Shown piece after piece: positions 9,901 to 19,027 of a stretch of DNA of 64,000 bases (position 1 is the stretch's first letter; each line of letters starts with the position of its first letter). Both the position numbers and the translations under genes were made by a program. The DNA comes from an uncultured Prevotella sp. (lineage in GTDB: Bacteria > Bacteroidota > Bacteroidia > Bacteroidales > Bacteroidaceae), in assembly GCA_905236455.1 (NCBI GenBank), contig CAJOPT010000096.1, forward strand, positions 4,922 to 68,921, written 5' to 3'. The notes below the pieces were generated by a model. That model had not been told where the DNA came from. It saw nothing but the letters and a program-made list of their open reading frames with translations, and made no database searches.

Positions 9901-10217
9901 ATGCCATTTTTATAAAGCTCAACACCACAATTTAGTGCTGTCTGCCCTCCAAAAGCAAGTAATATACCGTCAGGACGCTCTTTCTGTATTACCCTTTCAA
10001 CAAAATATGGTTGTACGGGAAGGAAATATATTTGGTCAGCGACACCTTCAGATGTTTGCACTGTAGCAATATTAGGATTGATAAGGACGGTTTCAACACC
10101 TTCCTCCCTCAATGCCTTCAACGCCTGAGAGCCAGAATAATCAAACTCACCAGCTTCGCCAATCTTCAACGCTCCACTACCAAGAAGCAGGACTTTCTTT
10201 ATATTGTCGTATTTCAT
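6939..10217 (-). CDS. carB: Carbamoyl-phosphate synthase large subunit
   Basis: GSGALKIGEAGEFDYSG, duplicated ATP-grasp domains, C-terminal MGS domain. Confidence 0.99.
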   Translation of the reverse strand: MKYDNIKKVLLLGSGALKIGEAGEFDYSGSQALKALREEGVETVLINPNIATVQTSEGVADQIYFLPVQPYFVERVIQKERPDGILLAFGGQTALNCGVELYKNGILDKYGVKVLGTPVQAIMDTEDRELFVERLNEIGVKTIKSEACETIEQTRKAAATLGYPVIIRAAYALGGLGSGFCDNEKELNKLAEKAFSFSPQVLVEKSLKGWKEIEYEVVRDRYDNCITVCNMENFDPLGIHTGESIVIAPSQTLSNSEYHKLRALAIKIIRHIGIVGECNVQYAFDPQSEDYRVIEVNARLSRSSALASKATGYPLAFVAAKLGMGYGLFELNNSVTKTTSAFFEPALDYVVCKIPRWDLSKFHGVDKALGSSMKSVGEVMAIGRNFEEAIQKGLRMIGQGMHGFVENKELVIPDIQAALRKPTDNRIFVISKAMHLPEYTIDRIHDLTKIDKWFLLKLKHIIDIDETLRKVKCSNVEDGIPQIDKELLRTAKIYGFTDFQIARAVGLEQEYGNMHKALLVVRNLRKKLGILPVVKQIDTMAAEYPAQTNYLYVTYSGVNSDIKFENDKKSIIVLGSGAYRIGSSVEFDWCGVQALKTIRAQEFRAVMINYNPETVSTDYDMCDRLYFDELTFERVMDIIDFEQPHGVIVSTGGQIPNNLAVYLDEQNVRILGTSAKDIDNAEDRAKFSQMLTELGVNQPEWRALTSMDDINAFVERVGFPVLVRPSYVLSGAAMNVCSNEDELARFLQLAANVSEDHPVVVSKFIEHAKEIEMDAVAHDGDILAYAISEHIEFAGVHSGDATIQFPPQKIYVETVRRIKRTSRQIAKALHINGPFNIQYMARDNDILVIECNLRASRSFPFVSKVLKLNLIDIATKVMLGVEVEKPHKNLFDLDYVGIKASQFSFNRLQKADPVLGVDMASTGEVGCLGDDTSCALLKSMLSVGHRIPNRINDKGQRVPGSILLSTGGAKQKAEMLDAAKMLVANGYRIYATGGTSKYLMENGVTNTLVHWPSDEGQQPQALDLLHKREIDMVVNIPKNLTQHELSNGYKVRRAAIDLNIPLITNSRLASAFINAFCTMSLDDIDIKAWSEY

Positions 10218-10238
10218 TGTCTTTCAATAAAGGTATTA

Positions 10239-11318
10239 TTATAATGCTGCTATAAATCTATCAAAAATAAATTCAGTATCAACTGGACCAGAACACGCTT
10301 CTGGATGAAATTGCGAGGAGAACCAAGGATTTTCCTTATGGCGTATACCCTCATTGGAGCCATCGTTCATATTCACAAACAACTCCTCCCAATCGTGTCC
10401 TAATGTCTTTGCATCAACAGCATATCCATGATTTTGACTTGTGATATAACATTTATCGGTACCAACCATTCGTACCGGTTGATTGTGCGAGCGATGTCCG
10501 TATTTCAACTTATAAATATTAGCGCCGCCGGCTTTTGCAAGCAACTGGTTACCCATACAGATGCCACATATAGGTTTTCGACTTCGTGTCATCTGCTTAC
10601 GGATAACAGACACTGCCGCCTCGCACATGTCAGGATCTCCCGGACCATTAGCAAGAAACAAGCCGTCAAAGTCCATATCTGTATAATCGTAATTCCACGG
10701 CACTCTTACGACCTCAACACCCCTATTAATCAGGCAACGTATAATATTAGCTTTTACGCCACAGTCGACCAAGACAACTTTTCGTCCTACTCCTTCATTA
10801 TATTTTATAATATCATTACACGACACTCTGTCAACCCAATTTATAGAACTGTAGTCCAAAGCCGTCGTGTCATTTTTTTCGTCTATGCCTTCATAATGCA
10901 AATGTCCCATCATAACACCATTCTCACGAAGTAACTTTGTAAGTTCACGTGTGTCTATACCTGTTATTCCCGGCACATGTTCTCTTTTCAGCCATTCATC
11001 CAAACTCTCACAAGCATTCCAATGCGAGTATTGCTCACTGTAGTCGCTCACTACAATAGCTGTAGCATGAATTTTGTCACTCTCCATAAATGTAGGCAAG
11101 CCGTTTGGCTCAAAAGTAAATGGGGGCACACCATAATTACCTATCAGAGGATAGGTAAGAACCATTATCTGCCCTGCGTATGATGGATCTGTCAGAGACT
11201 CTGGATACCCCATCATTGCCGTATTGAAAACAACCTCTCCCCTTACGGGCTTTTCATACCCGAAGGAATATCCATAGAACGTAGTTCCGTCGTTCAATTC
11301 TAATGTTACTTTCCTCAT
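10239..11318 (-). CDS. carA: Carbamoyl-phosphate synthase small subunit
   Basis: GEVVFNTAMMGYPESLTDPSY, GICMGNQ catalytic Cys, QFHPE. Confidence 0.99.
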   Translation of the reverse strand: MRKVTLELNDGTTFYGYSFGYEKPVRGEVVFNTAMMGYPESLTDPSYAGQIMVLTYPLIGNYGVPPFTFEPNGLPTFMESDKIHATAIVVSDYSEQYSHWNACESLDEWLKREHVPGITGIDTRELTKLLRENGVMMGHLHYEGIDEKNDTTALDYSSINWVDRVSCNDIIKYNEGVGRKVVLVDCGVKANIIRCLINRGVEVVRVPWNYDYTDMDFDGLFLANGPGDPDMCEAAVSVIRKQMTRSRKPICGICMGNQLLAKAGGANIYKLKYGHRSHNQPVRMVGTDKCYITSQNHGYAVDAKTLGHDWEELFVNMNDGSNEGIRHKENPWFSSQFHPEACSGPVDTEFIFDRFIAAL

Positions 11319-11393
11319 GAATTATATATTATTGTGTTCGTGATTATTGTAATATATAGCCTCTTTCTACTTTATTTGTCCAATAGAATTGCA

Positions 11394-11425
11394 AAAAAGA
11401 GGCGGAGCCGCAAAAACGGTCCGCC
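11394..11425 (-). terminator. Intrinsic terminator after glmS
   Basis: Minus strand GGCGGACCG-TTTTTG-CGGCTCCGCC followed by TCTTTTTT. Confidence 0.7.
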
Positions 11426-11431
11426 ATTTCA

Positions 11432-13276
11432 TTATTCAACAGTAACTGATTTTGCCAAATTCCTGGGCTGGTCGACATCCTTGCCTTTGCAAACGGCGAT
11501 ATGATATGCGAGAAGCTGCAATGGTATAGTGGCAACCAATGGCTCAAGACACTCAAGGACATCCGGCAACTCAATAATCTCATCGGCAATCTTGGATATT
11601 GTCTGGTCACCTTCTGTAACAAGGGCGATAACCCTACCCTTACGTGCCTTTATCTCCTGAATATTTGACAACACTTTCTCATACATGCCATTATGTGTCG
11701 CAATGACAACGACTGGCATATCGGAATCGATCAGTGCAATCGGTCCATGTTTCATTTCCGCGGCAGGATAGCCTTCCGCATGAATATAACTTATTTCTTT
11801 CAGTTTAAGGGCTCCCTCCAATGCGACCGGATAACTAAAGCCACGTCCAAGATATAAGAAATTGCGAGCATACGTGAATGTACGTGCAAGGTCGGCAACC
11901 TTTTCATTCGTCTTAAGTACCATCTTTATCTTATCAGGTATTTCACTTAATCCTTTCACAATACGAAGGTATTCAGTCCTGTCTACCGTACCCTTAGCGT
12001 CAGCTAAAGCCAAAGCGAACATAAGTAGAACTGTCACCTGACCTGTAAATGCCTTCGTTGACGCCACACCAATCTCTGGTCCAACATGGATATAGGTTCC
12101 TGTGTCTGTAGCACGAGGAACACTTGAGCCTATCGCATTACAAATACCGTAGATAAAAGCACCCTTGCTCTTTGCAAGCTGAACGGCGGCCAAGGTGTCA
12201 GCTGTCTCACCACTTTGTGAAATGGCTATGACAACATCATCCTTCGTCACCACAGGATTACGATATCTGAATTCTGAGGCATACTCAACCTCAACAGGCA
12301 CACGGCATAGAGTCTCTATAATTTGTTTGCCTATAAGCCCTGCGTGCCAGCTCGTTCCACAAGCTACAATAAGGACACGCTTTGCGTTTAAGAGTTGCCG
12401 CCGATAGTCTATCATTGCGGATAATGTGACATGGTCGGCTTCTACATTAATGCGTCCACGCATACATGTTGTGAGACATTCCGGCTGTTCAAAAATCTCT
12501 TTCAACATAAAATGCTGATAGCCGCCTTTTTCAATCTGCCCCAGATTAATATCAACTGTTTTTACCTCCAGCTCCTGTTTCTCATTAAGAATACTGACTA
12601 CTTTCAGCTCCTCTCCAAGACGTATAACAGCAATATTACCATCATCAAGATATACGACTTTATCAGTATACTCAATTATAGGGCTTGCGTCAGAGCCAAG
12701 GAAGAACTCATCCTCACCAATACCGACAACCAACGGACTTTGTTTGCGAGCAGCGATGATCTGTCGAGGATCCCTCTTGTCAAGTACAGCTATCGCATAT
12801 GCCCCTATCACCTGATGTAAAGAAACCTGAACAGCGGTGAGCAGGTCAAGATTCTTCTTGTTTTGAACATACTCTATAAGCTGTATTAGAACCTCAGTGT
12901 CTGTGTCTGAGCGGAAAACCACGCCTTTTGAAATAAGGTTTTTCTTGATATCGGAATAGTTCTCAATAATACCATTATGAATAATAGCCAGATTACGAGA
13001 CTCCGAGTAATGTGGGTGCGCATTCAATGAAGATGGCTCACCATGGGTAGCCCAACGAGTATGAGCAATACCCACACTACCGGAAATGTCTTTATCCGTA
13101 CAAAATGTTTCCAAATCGGAAACTTTACCTTTTGTCTTATATACGTTTAACCCATTCTCTTTATTCAAAAGAGCAACACCTGCGCTATCATACCCACGGT
13201 ACTCCAAGCGTTTCAAGCCTTTGATGAGAATCGGATATGCGTCTCTTTTACCTATATAGCCTACGATTCCGCACAT
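11432..13276 (-). CDS. glmS: Glutamine--fructose-6-phosphate transaminase
   Basis: MCGIVG N-terminal Cys, HTRWATHG, SQSGETADT, DQPRNLAKSVTVE. Confidence 0.99.
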   Translation of the reverse strand: MCGIVGYIGKRDAYPILIKGLKRLEYRGYDSAGVALLNKENGLNVYKTKGKVSDLETFCTDKDISGSVGIAHTRWATHGEPSSLNAHPHYSESRNLAIIHNGIIENYSDIKKNLISKGVVFRSDTDTEVLIQLIEYVQNKKNLDLLTAVQVSLHQVIGAYAIAVLDKRDPRQIIAARKQSPLVVGIGEDEFFLGSDASPIIEYTDKVVYLDDGNIAVIRLGEELKVVSILNEKQELEVKTVDINLGQIEKGGYQHFMLKEIFEQPECLTTCMRGRINVEADHVTLSAMIDYRRQLLNAKRVLIVACGTSWHAGLIGKQIIETLCRVPVEVEYASEFRYRNPVVTKDDVVIAISQSGETADTLAAVQLAKSKGAFIYGICNAIGSSVPRATDTGTYIHVGPEIGVASTKAFTGQVTVLLMFALALADAKGTVDRTEYLRIVKGLSEIPDKIKMVLKTNEKVADLARTFTYARNFLYLGRGFSYPVALEGALKLKEISYIHAEGYPAAEMKHGPIALIDSDMPVVVIATHNGMYEKVLSNIQEIKARKGRVIALVTEGDQTISKIADEIIELPDVLECLEPLVATIPLQLLAYHIAVCKGKDVDQPRNLAKSVTVE

Positions 13277-13320
13277 ATTATTCTTATTCTACTGTGTTTG
13301 TGTGTGTTATTTGTGTACTC

Positions 13321-14121
13321 TTAGTTCCTCAGAACATTTACGAGCAGAGAGGCAATGGAAGTCACGATACCGATAACCGAGAACCATATTGTTGTTGAGC
13401 TACCTATACCAGAATTCTTCTTCTGGACATTGTTTGGCTCAATGTATATAACATCATTCTGTTGCAGATAATAATATGGTGAGTTAATGATATTGGCATC
13501 ATTCAGATTAAGACGTATAGAGTGCTTCTGCCCTGACTCATCCTCACGAATGAGAAGCACATTGTCACGACGACCATAGATACTCAAGTCTCCACCCGAG
13601 GCGATTGCCTCTATAATGCTCATCTTCTCGTATGGCACAGGAACTATCTTAGAGCCGATAGAGCCAATCAGTGTAACATGATAGCTTGACATGCGAACCG
13701 TGACAATTGGATTCTCTGTCGCGGCAACATATGGTAACACGCGCTGACGAATACGCTCCTCACATTCACTTTTTGTCAATCCCTGTACGTGTATCTTTCC
13801 TATTACCGGGAAATTAATAAAGCCGTCATTATCTACAAGATATCCCTGCAGAGAGCCACCTGAGGAATTCAGCTCACCAGAGGTACCGACAGCTCTTGAG
13901 ACCGTAAGGTTGAATGGGGCTGATACTCTTGGATCTGTAGTCAGAACGGTAATTGTCAACATATCTTTAGGCATAATTTTGGCATCAAACAACCCACGTG
14001 ACGGAGCCAAACTAATCGTGTCAATATTCTGGAAATAAGCCACTTGCTTGCTACTTGAGCAGCTACCCATAAATAAAATCATAGCAACCATCGCTACGAC
14101 AGATAAAAGTAATTTCTTCAT
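13321..14121 (-). CDS. wza: Polysaccharide export outer-membrane lipoprotein (Wza family)
   Basis: Lipobox FMGSC, YLVDNDGFINFPVIG, SPYYYLQQNDVIYIEPN. Start set at MKKLLL. Confidence 0.88.
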   Translation of the reverse strand: MKKLLLSVVAMVAMILFMGSCSSSKQVAYFQNIDTISLAPSRGLFDAKIMPKDMLTITVLTTDPRVSAPFNLTVSRAVGTSGELNSSGGSLQGYLVDNDGFINFPVIGKIHVQGLTKSECEERIRQRVLPYVAATENPIVTVRMSSYHVTLIGSIGSKIVPVPYEKMSIIEAIASGGDLSIYGRRDNVLLIREDESGQKHSIRLNLNDANIINSPYYYLQQNDVIYIEPNNVQKKNSGIGSSTTIWFSVIGIVTSIASLLVNVLRN

Positions 14122-14327
14122 TTTATTGCGCAATAATATTAAACTTCTGCAAAAGTACGACTATTTTTCGATATGTACAAGAGATTTTTTGAAAAAAATA
14201 TAAGTATAAATAATGAAATGAGGGATTACGAATCCTTTAACAGACCATAACCCCTCCACCAAATCAAATTATTAAGACAGTTTTATTCCCACATAACATG
14301 TAGGCTCATTAATACTACCTCAAGTCA

Positions 14328-15731
14328 TTAATAGAACTTGAAATAGTTGCGCGCATTATTGTATGAAATGTCCTCAACCATCCTTGACAATGAATCCATG
14401 TCATTAGGCAGGAGTCCTCTCTCAACATCATTGCCAAGCAAGTTGCAAAGCAAACGGCGGAAATACTCATGACGCGGATAGCTCAAGAAAGAGCGGCTGT
14501 CAGTAAGCATACCGACAAAGCGGCTGAGCAAACCTAATACTGACAACGCGTTCATCTGGCGGGTCATACCGTCAAGCTGATCATTGAACCACCAGCCTGA
14601 GCCGAACTGAATCTTGCCAGGACAGCTACCGTCTTGGAAGTTGCCAAGCATTGTAGCTATAACCTCGTTGGCACAAGGATTCAATGTGTAAAGAATTGTG
14701 CGTGTGAGTTTTCCCTCAACATTCAGTTCATTGAGGAAATGACTCATTGCCTTAGCGGTAGTAAACTCACCAATAGAGTCAAAACCTGTGTCAGGTCCTA
14801 ATTTATTGTACATTAATGTATTGTTGTCACGGATAGCACCATAATGATACTGCTGAGTCCAATTAGCGGCATAGTCTTGCTCAGCACATACACGCAGGAA
14901 CGCATGTTTATACTGGCGGATTTCAAGTTCTGAGAGCTGTTGTCCGCGCAGAGCTTTCTCAAAGATTATCTCAATCTGGGAGTCAGTATATGGCTCATCA
15001 TAGAACTCCTCAATACCATGGTCAGACAAGCGACAGCCATTCTCATGGAAGAAGTCATGACGTTTCTGTAAAGCATCAACCATATCGGCGAACTTGCTGA
15101 TTTCCACACCACTAACCTCTGAGAGCTGTTTTACATAGTCTGCGAACTCAGGCTTCTCGATATTCATGGCTTTGTCTGGTCGCCAAGCTGGTATCATCTT
15201 AATTTCAAAGCCACTTTCTTTTGTCTGTTTATGGAATCTGAGGTCGTCTACCGGATCATCTGTTGTACAAACACACTCCACATTATAACGACGCATGAAG
15301 CCACGTGCGGTATACTCAGGTTGCTGAAGCTTCTCGTTACACTCATCAAAAATCTCACGGGCTGTCTTTGGACTAAGTAGTTTCTCAATACCAAACGCTG
15401 TTTTCAACTCCAGGTGAGTCCAGTGGTAAAGTGGGTTACGGAAGGTATAAGGAACCGTTTCTGCCCATTTCTCAAATTTCTCCCAGTCGGTAGTATCTTT
15501 TCCTGTACAATAGCGCTCGTCCACGCCATTTGTACGCATAGCGCGCCATTTATAATGGTCTCCTCCAAGCCATAGCTCTGTGATACTCTTAAACTTATGG
15601 TCTGTTGCGACCATTTCAGGGATTAAATGACAGTGATAATCGATAATCGGCATCTTAGCCGCATGATTGTGGAAAAGATCCTGTGCTGTTTTAGTATCCA
15701 ACAGGAAGTTTTCATCCATAAATTGTTTCAT
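14328..15731 (-). CDS. uxaC: Glucuronate isomerase
   Basis: PIIDYHCHL, DHYKWRAMR, QFGSGWWFND, TDSRSFLSYPRHEYFRR. Confidence 0.99.
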   Translation of the reverse strand: MKQFMDENFLLDTKTAQDLFHNHAAKMPIIDYHCHLIPEMVATDHKFKSITELWLGGDHYKWRAMRTNGVDERYCTGKDTTDWEKFEKWAETVPYTFRNPLYHWTHLELKTAFGIEKLLSPKTAREIFDECNEKLQQPEYTARGFMRRYNVECVCTTDDPVDDLRFHKQTKESGFEIKMIPAWRPDKAMNIEKPEFADYVKQLSEVSGVEISKFADMVDALQKRHDFFHENGCRLSDHGIEEFYDEPYTDSQIEIIFEKALRGQQLSELEIRQYKHAFLRVCAEQDYAANWTQQYHYGAIRDNNTLMYNKLGPDTGFDSIGEFTTAKAMSHFLNELNVEGKLTRTILYTLNPCANEVIATMLGNFQDGSCPGKIQFGSGWWFNDQLDGMTRQMNALSVLGLLSRFVGMLTDSRSFLSYPRHEYFRRLLCNLLGNDVERGLLPNDMDSLSRMVEDISYNNARNYFKFY

Positions 15732-15862
15732 TGCTTATAAGGTTTTTAAGTTGAAAGTTTTTGCAAATATACGAATAAATTTTGGAAGTAAATGATTTTT
15801 AAACTATATTTGCACTAAAAATTTGCGCAATCTTAATTCCAAAAGGCAAAAAACAGTTCTAT

Positions 15863-16933
15863 ATGCAATACACAAGTAATAGAATCAACACTTCAGGAGT
15901 CAACAGAACTGATAAAGTTTTGCTGATTTATACAGGCGGAACCATTGGTATGGGACAAAACAACAAGACTGGCGCACTTGAGCCATTGGACTTCAATCAG
16001 TTTCTTAAGAACCTACCGGAAATACAACAGCTTAACACAGAAGTGGAGTCATATCAGTTTACGCCACCGATAGACTCGTCCGACATGACTCCTGAACTAT
16101 GGGCACATATCGCCAGAATTATAATGGAGAGATACCAAGAATATGATGGTTTTGTGGTGTTACACGGTACTGACACGATGGCATATACCGCCTCTGCCCT
16201 ATCCTTCATGCTTGAGAACCTGACGAAACCTGTCATTCTAACGGGAAGCCAGCTTCCAATACGGCAATTGCGTACGGACGGCAAGGAAAACCTTATGACA
16301 AGTATTGAGTTGGCGGCAGCACACCATCCCGACGGAACACCTATAGTACCCGAGGTTTGCATATATTTCAGCGGTAAACTTCTTAGGGGGAACCGCTCAA
16401 CCAAACAAAACGCTGATGGTTTTAACGCCTTCGACACGTTTAATTATCCTCACCTTTGCGATGCTGGTGTCAATTTCACCTTCCATGAGCACCATATCCT
16501 TCATCCCGATTTCCAAAAGCCTGTAACACCTCACTTCTCGCTTGATACGAATGTAATAGTATTCTCATTGTTTCCTGGCATTGAGCAGAATATCGTCAAA
16601 CATGTTTTCGAGGCGCCAGAGCTACGCTCAATCGTGATGCGCTCATACGGCTCGGGAAATGCTCCACAAAAAGCCTGGTTGATTAATTTAATAAAGGAGG
16701 CGAGCAATCGTGGAGTCATTGTCGTAAACATCAGCCAATGTGTGTCTGGCAATGTTGAGATGTCACGCTATGACACTGGCTATCAGTTAAAAGACGCTGG
16801 CGTGATAAGCGGCTACGACAGTACTGTTGAGGCTGCCGTAACAAAACTCATGCATCTTCAAGCTCGTTATAGTGATAGTGGCATGATTCGCAGACTAATG
16901 AATCACAACATAGCCGGAGAAATCAGTATATAA
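15863..16933 (+). CDS. ansA: L-asparaginase type I (cytoplasmic)
   Basis: IYTGGTIGM, HGTDTMAYTAS, ILTGSQLP. No signal peptide. Confidence 0.95.
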   Translation: MQYTSNRINTSGVNRTDKVLLIYTGGTIGMGQNNKTGALEPLDFNQFLKNLPEIQQLNTEVESYQFTPPIDSSDMTPELWAHIARIIMERYQEYDGFVVLHGTDTMAYTASALSFMLENLTKPVILTGSQLPIRQLRTDGKENLMTSIELAAAHHPDGTPIVPEVCIYFSGKLLRGNRSTKQNADGFNAFDTFNYPHLCDAGVNFTFHEHHILHPDFQKPVTPHFSLDTNVIVFSLFPGIEQNIVKHVFEAPELRSIVMRSYGSGNAPQKAWLINLIKEASNRGVIVVNISQCVSGNVEMSRYDTGYQLKDAGVISGYDSTVEAAVTKLMHLQARYSDSGMIRRLMNHNIAGEISI

Positions 16934-16935
16934 AA

Positions 16936-16966
16936 AAAGAGAGAAAGCCGTATTCTTTCTCTCTTT
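16936..16966. terminator. Bidirectional terminator between ansA and tRNA-Cys
   Basis: AAAGAGAGAAAG-7 nt-CTTTCTCTCTTT, 12-bp perfect stem. Confidence 0.7.
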
Positions 16967-16972
16967 CCGATG

Positions 16973-17044
16973 AGGTGCCTGGCGGATTCGAACCGCCGTA
17001 GACGGTTTTGCAGACCGTTGACTAAGCCACTCATCCAAGGCACC
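16973..17044 (-). tRNA. trnC: tRNA-Cys(GCA)
   Basis: GGTGCCT/AGGCACC acceptor stem, ACGGT-CTGCAAA-ACCGT anticodon arm, GGTTCGAATCC T-arm. CCA not encoded (followed by CA). Confidence 0.98.
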
Positions 17045-17062
17045 AATTTCATTTAGCGGTTG

Positions 17063-17094
17063 CAAAGTTAATGTTTTTCTCCGTATCCGCCAAA
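17063..17094 (-). promoter_or_regulatory. sigmaA promoter of tRNA-Cys
   Basis: TTTG (17094-17091), 20-nt spacer, TAACTTTG (17070-17063): canonical -33/-7. Confidence 0.8.
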
Positions 17095-17336
17095 TTTTTC
17101 AACTTATTTTTATTGGAAACTTTCTTTTTTCCCACATTAACACGAACAGGAACATTCTATTTTCCCTTTTGACTGCAAACCGCCCTGCCCTTTCTTACCT
17201 GCTGGCGAAAAGCACATCCCTCACATCCTGCACACGGATCATTGTTTGCTCGCACAATAGTCTTGTAAATCCTAAAACCCGCATAGGACACAGCTATTCC
17301 CAAAACAATATATATAATAATGTATTGCATTAGAAA

Positions 17337-17744
17337 TCATACGGGATTATCACGAGGGTCATCACGGAAAAGATCGTCGGCTGCAATAAGCTCATCATCG
17401 TCAAACCATTGGACAAGCTTGGCATGCGCCTTTTCCTTCACGTCGTCACCAACATCTCCCCACACTTTTCGTAGTACGAAAATCAAGACCGCGAGGTCAT
17501 CACCCAACCCTGCTATTGGAATAGCGTCAGGCACGACATCAATAGGCGTGATCAAATAGCCTAATGCACCAATGATGATTGCTTTTTCCTTCATTGACAC
17601 ACGATCACTCTCCAATGTATAGTACAACAGCAAAGCAGCATAGACAAGCTTTGCTCCCGCACGTTTGGCTATACGCCCTATTTTCTCCATGAAAGCACTT
17701 GGAGTAAACAAATCCTTGTATTGAATAAAATCAGGTAGTTCCAT
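17337..17744 (-). CDS. YkvA/DUF1232 family protein
   Basis: ALGYLITPIDVVPDAIPIAGLGDDLAVL motif. Confidence 0.9.
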   Translation of the reverse strand: MELPDFIQYKDLFTPSAFMEKIGRIAKRAGAKLVYAALLLYYTLESDRVSMKEKAIIIGALGYLITPIDVVPDAIPIAGLGDDLAVLIFVLRKVWGDVGDDVKEKAHAKLVQWFDDDELIAADDLFRDDPRDNPV

Positions 17745-17785
17745 ACATAATACTTTTATTTGTGAGCATCTCCGTTTTCTTTTGC

Positions 17786-18241
17786 CTATGCTTTATGATA
17801 AGCAAGAATATCCTCTACATACTGCCGCACATTGGCATTACGCTTGTTAAGCTTTTCAATACGCATTTTGAGCAACATCTTTCTAAGGAACGTATAAGCG
17901 CCCCATAGGAATAATCCCGCCAATATCGCGAGCAACATCGTCCACTGACCAAACGGCATCTTATTTACAGGATAGAGAAAGGCAAGGACTACTATAGGTA
18001 TAATGATTATTATACCACCTATCGTATAACGGCTCCGCTCCGTACCCTCACTGTCTAATATCGCCTGATAGTCAAAAAGATAGTCCTCCAGCTCATCCTT
18101 GGTGATCTTATATCTCTCAACATTAGGGAAATCCGGGCGGTCGCCGTAATTCTCAATGATGCGCTTCACACGATGCTCGTAATCATCAAGGAGCGAGTCC
18201 ATCATCTCTTTGCTCATGTGAAATGGATTTGTATTTACCAT
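17786..18241 (-). CDS. Hypothetical membrane protein (2 TM)
   Basis: Open 151-aa ORF with two hydrophobic segments, directly downstream of rnpB. Confidence 0.75.
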   Translation of the reverse strand: MVNTNPFHMSKEMMDSLLDDYEHRVKRIIENYGDRPDFPNVERYKITKDELEDYLFDYQAILDSEGTERSRYTIGGIIIIIPIVVLAFLYPVNKMPFGQWTMLLAILAGLFLWGAYTFLRKMLLKMRIEKLNKRNANVRQYVEDILAYHKA

Positions 18242-18271
18242 CGCTTACGTGTTATTTAATTCGTTAAAAAA

Positions 18272-18639
18272 GAAGCAGCGACCCTATAAGCCGGGTTCTG
18301 TTTTTTCAGCCTGCCATCTATCTAATCCGGAAGTCACCCTCCAGCTCAAGCGTTCTACCCTCCATCGCTGGGATATCGGGCGGGCAACCCTCATGCGATG
18401 GTTTACATGAACTTGCAGCCTCCAGCCGGCACAGCCCGCTGATCACCCAGCGGCTGGTGGTCTCTTACACCACCTTCTCACCCTTACCCAAAGGGCGGTT
18501 ATTTTCTTCTGCCGTCACCTACTGTCACCAATAGCTTCTATTTTCGGAAGTGGAGCGCCCTGTGCTGCCCGGACTTTCCTCTCGCCACCTGCCACAAGAA
18601 TGCGTCAGGAAGCCAGCGGCAGAGCCGGATCACTGCTTC
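18272..18639 (-). ncRNA. rnpB: RNase P RNA (type A)
   Basis: Minus strand carries GAGGAAAGTCCGGG and ACAGAACCCGGCTTA P4 signatures. P1 GAAGCAG/CTGCTTC pairing. Confidence 0.97.
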
Positions 18640-18646
18640 AAGGCTG

Positions 18647-18654
18647 CAAAGTTA
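18647..18654 (-). promoter_or_regulatory. -7 element of rnpB
   Basis: TAACTTTG 7 nt upstream of the P1 5' strand. A second TAACTTTG at 18737-18730. Confidence 0.75.
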
Positions 18655-18786
18655 CGAAAAGTCGAGAGCAAAACAAAGAAAAACCATTTCTTTTTTTGCC
18701 GAGACGTAGTAACTTCGCCATATTAATGGCAAAGTTAAGAAAAATAATTGAAAAATGAAAATTGAAAATTGAAAAAAATGGCAAAT

Positions 18787-18835
18787 GACACATCTACGCC
18801 CTTTAGATGTAATCTCTACCCCTCGTACATGACAC
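18787..18835. repeat. Dispersed 49-bp palindromic repeat, copy 1
   Basis: Reverse complement matches 38622..38670 at 44/49 nt. Contains the hairpin ACATCTA-7 nt-TAGATGT. Confidence 0.85.
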
Positions 18836-18850
18836 TTTTTCTATTGATGT

Positions 18851-19027
18851 GTCCCGCGTCACATTGTCCCATCGTCCCATTAAGCATGTGCAGGATGAGG
18901 GATTATGGTAGATTATATGGTTACTATATATATTATACATAATATATATAGTAAAACTTTTCTCTCTCTATTTTTGCTATTATGGAAGTTACCTTAATGG
19001 GACGATGGGACAATGGGACGATGGGAC
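18851..19027. repeat. Inverted-repeat element built from ATGGGAC(G/A) units around an AT-rich core
   Basis: 23-bp perfect IR (18862-18884 / 18993-19015) extending to ~35 bp imperfect. 108-bp spacer with TATATA tracts. Confidence 0.85.

Noticed and set aside
13277-13320. glmS ribozyme
   Set aside because: Only 44 nt separate wza and glmS, with no ribozyme core.
16973-17044. tRNA-Cys as an integration site
   Set aside because: I saw no duplicated tRNA 3' end and no integrase. The flanks are ansA and a normal promoter.
17218-17237. Minus-strand TGTGCAGGATGTGAGGGAT resembling TGTGCAGGATGAGGGAT at ~18887
   Set aside because: An 11+6-bp match only, too short to separate from chance without a genome-wide search.
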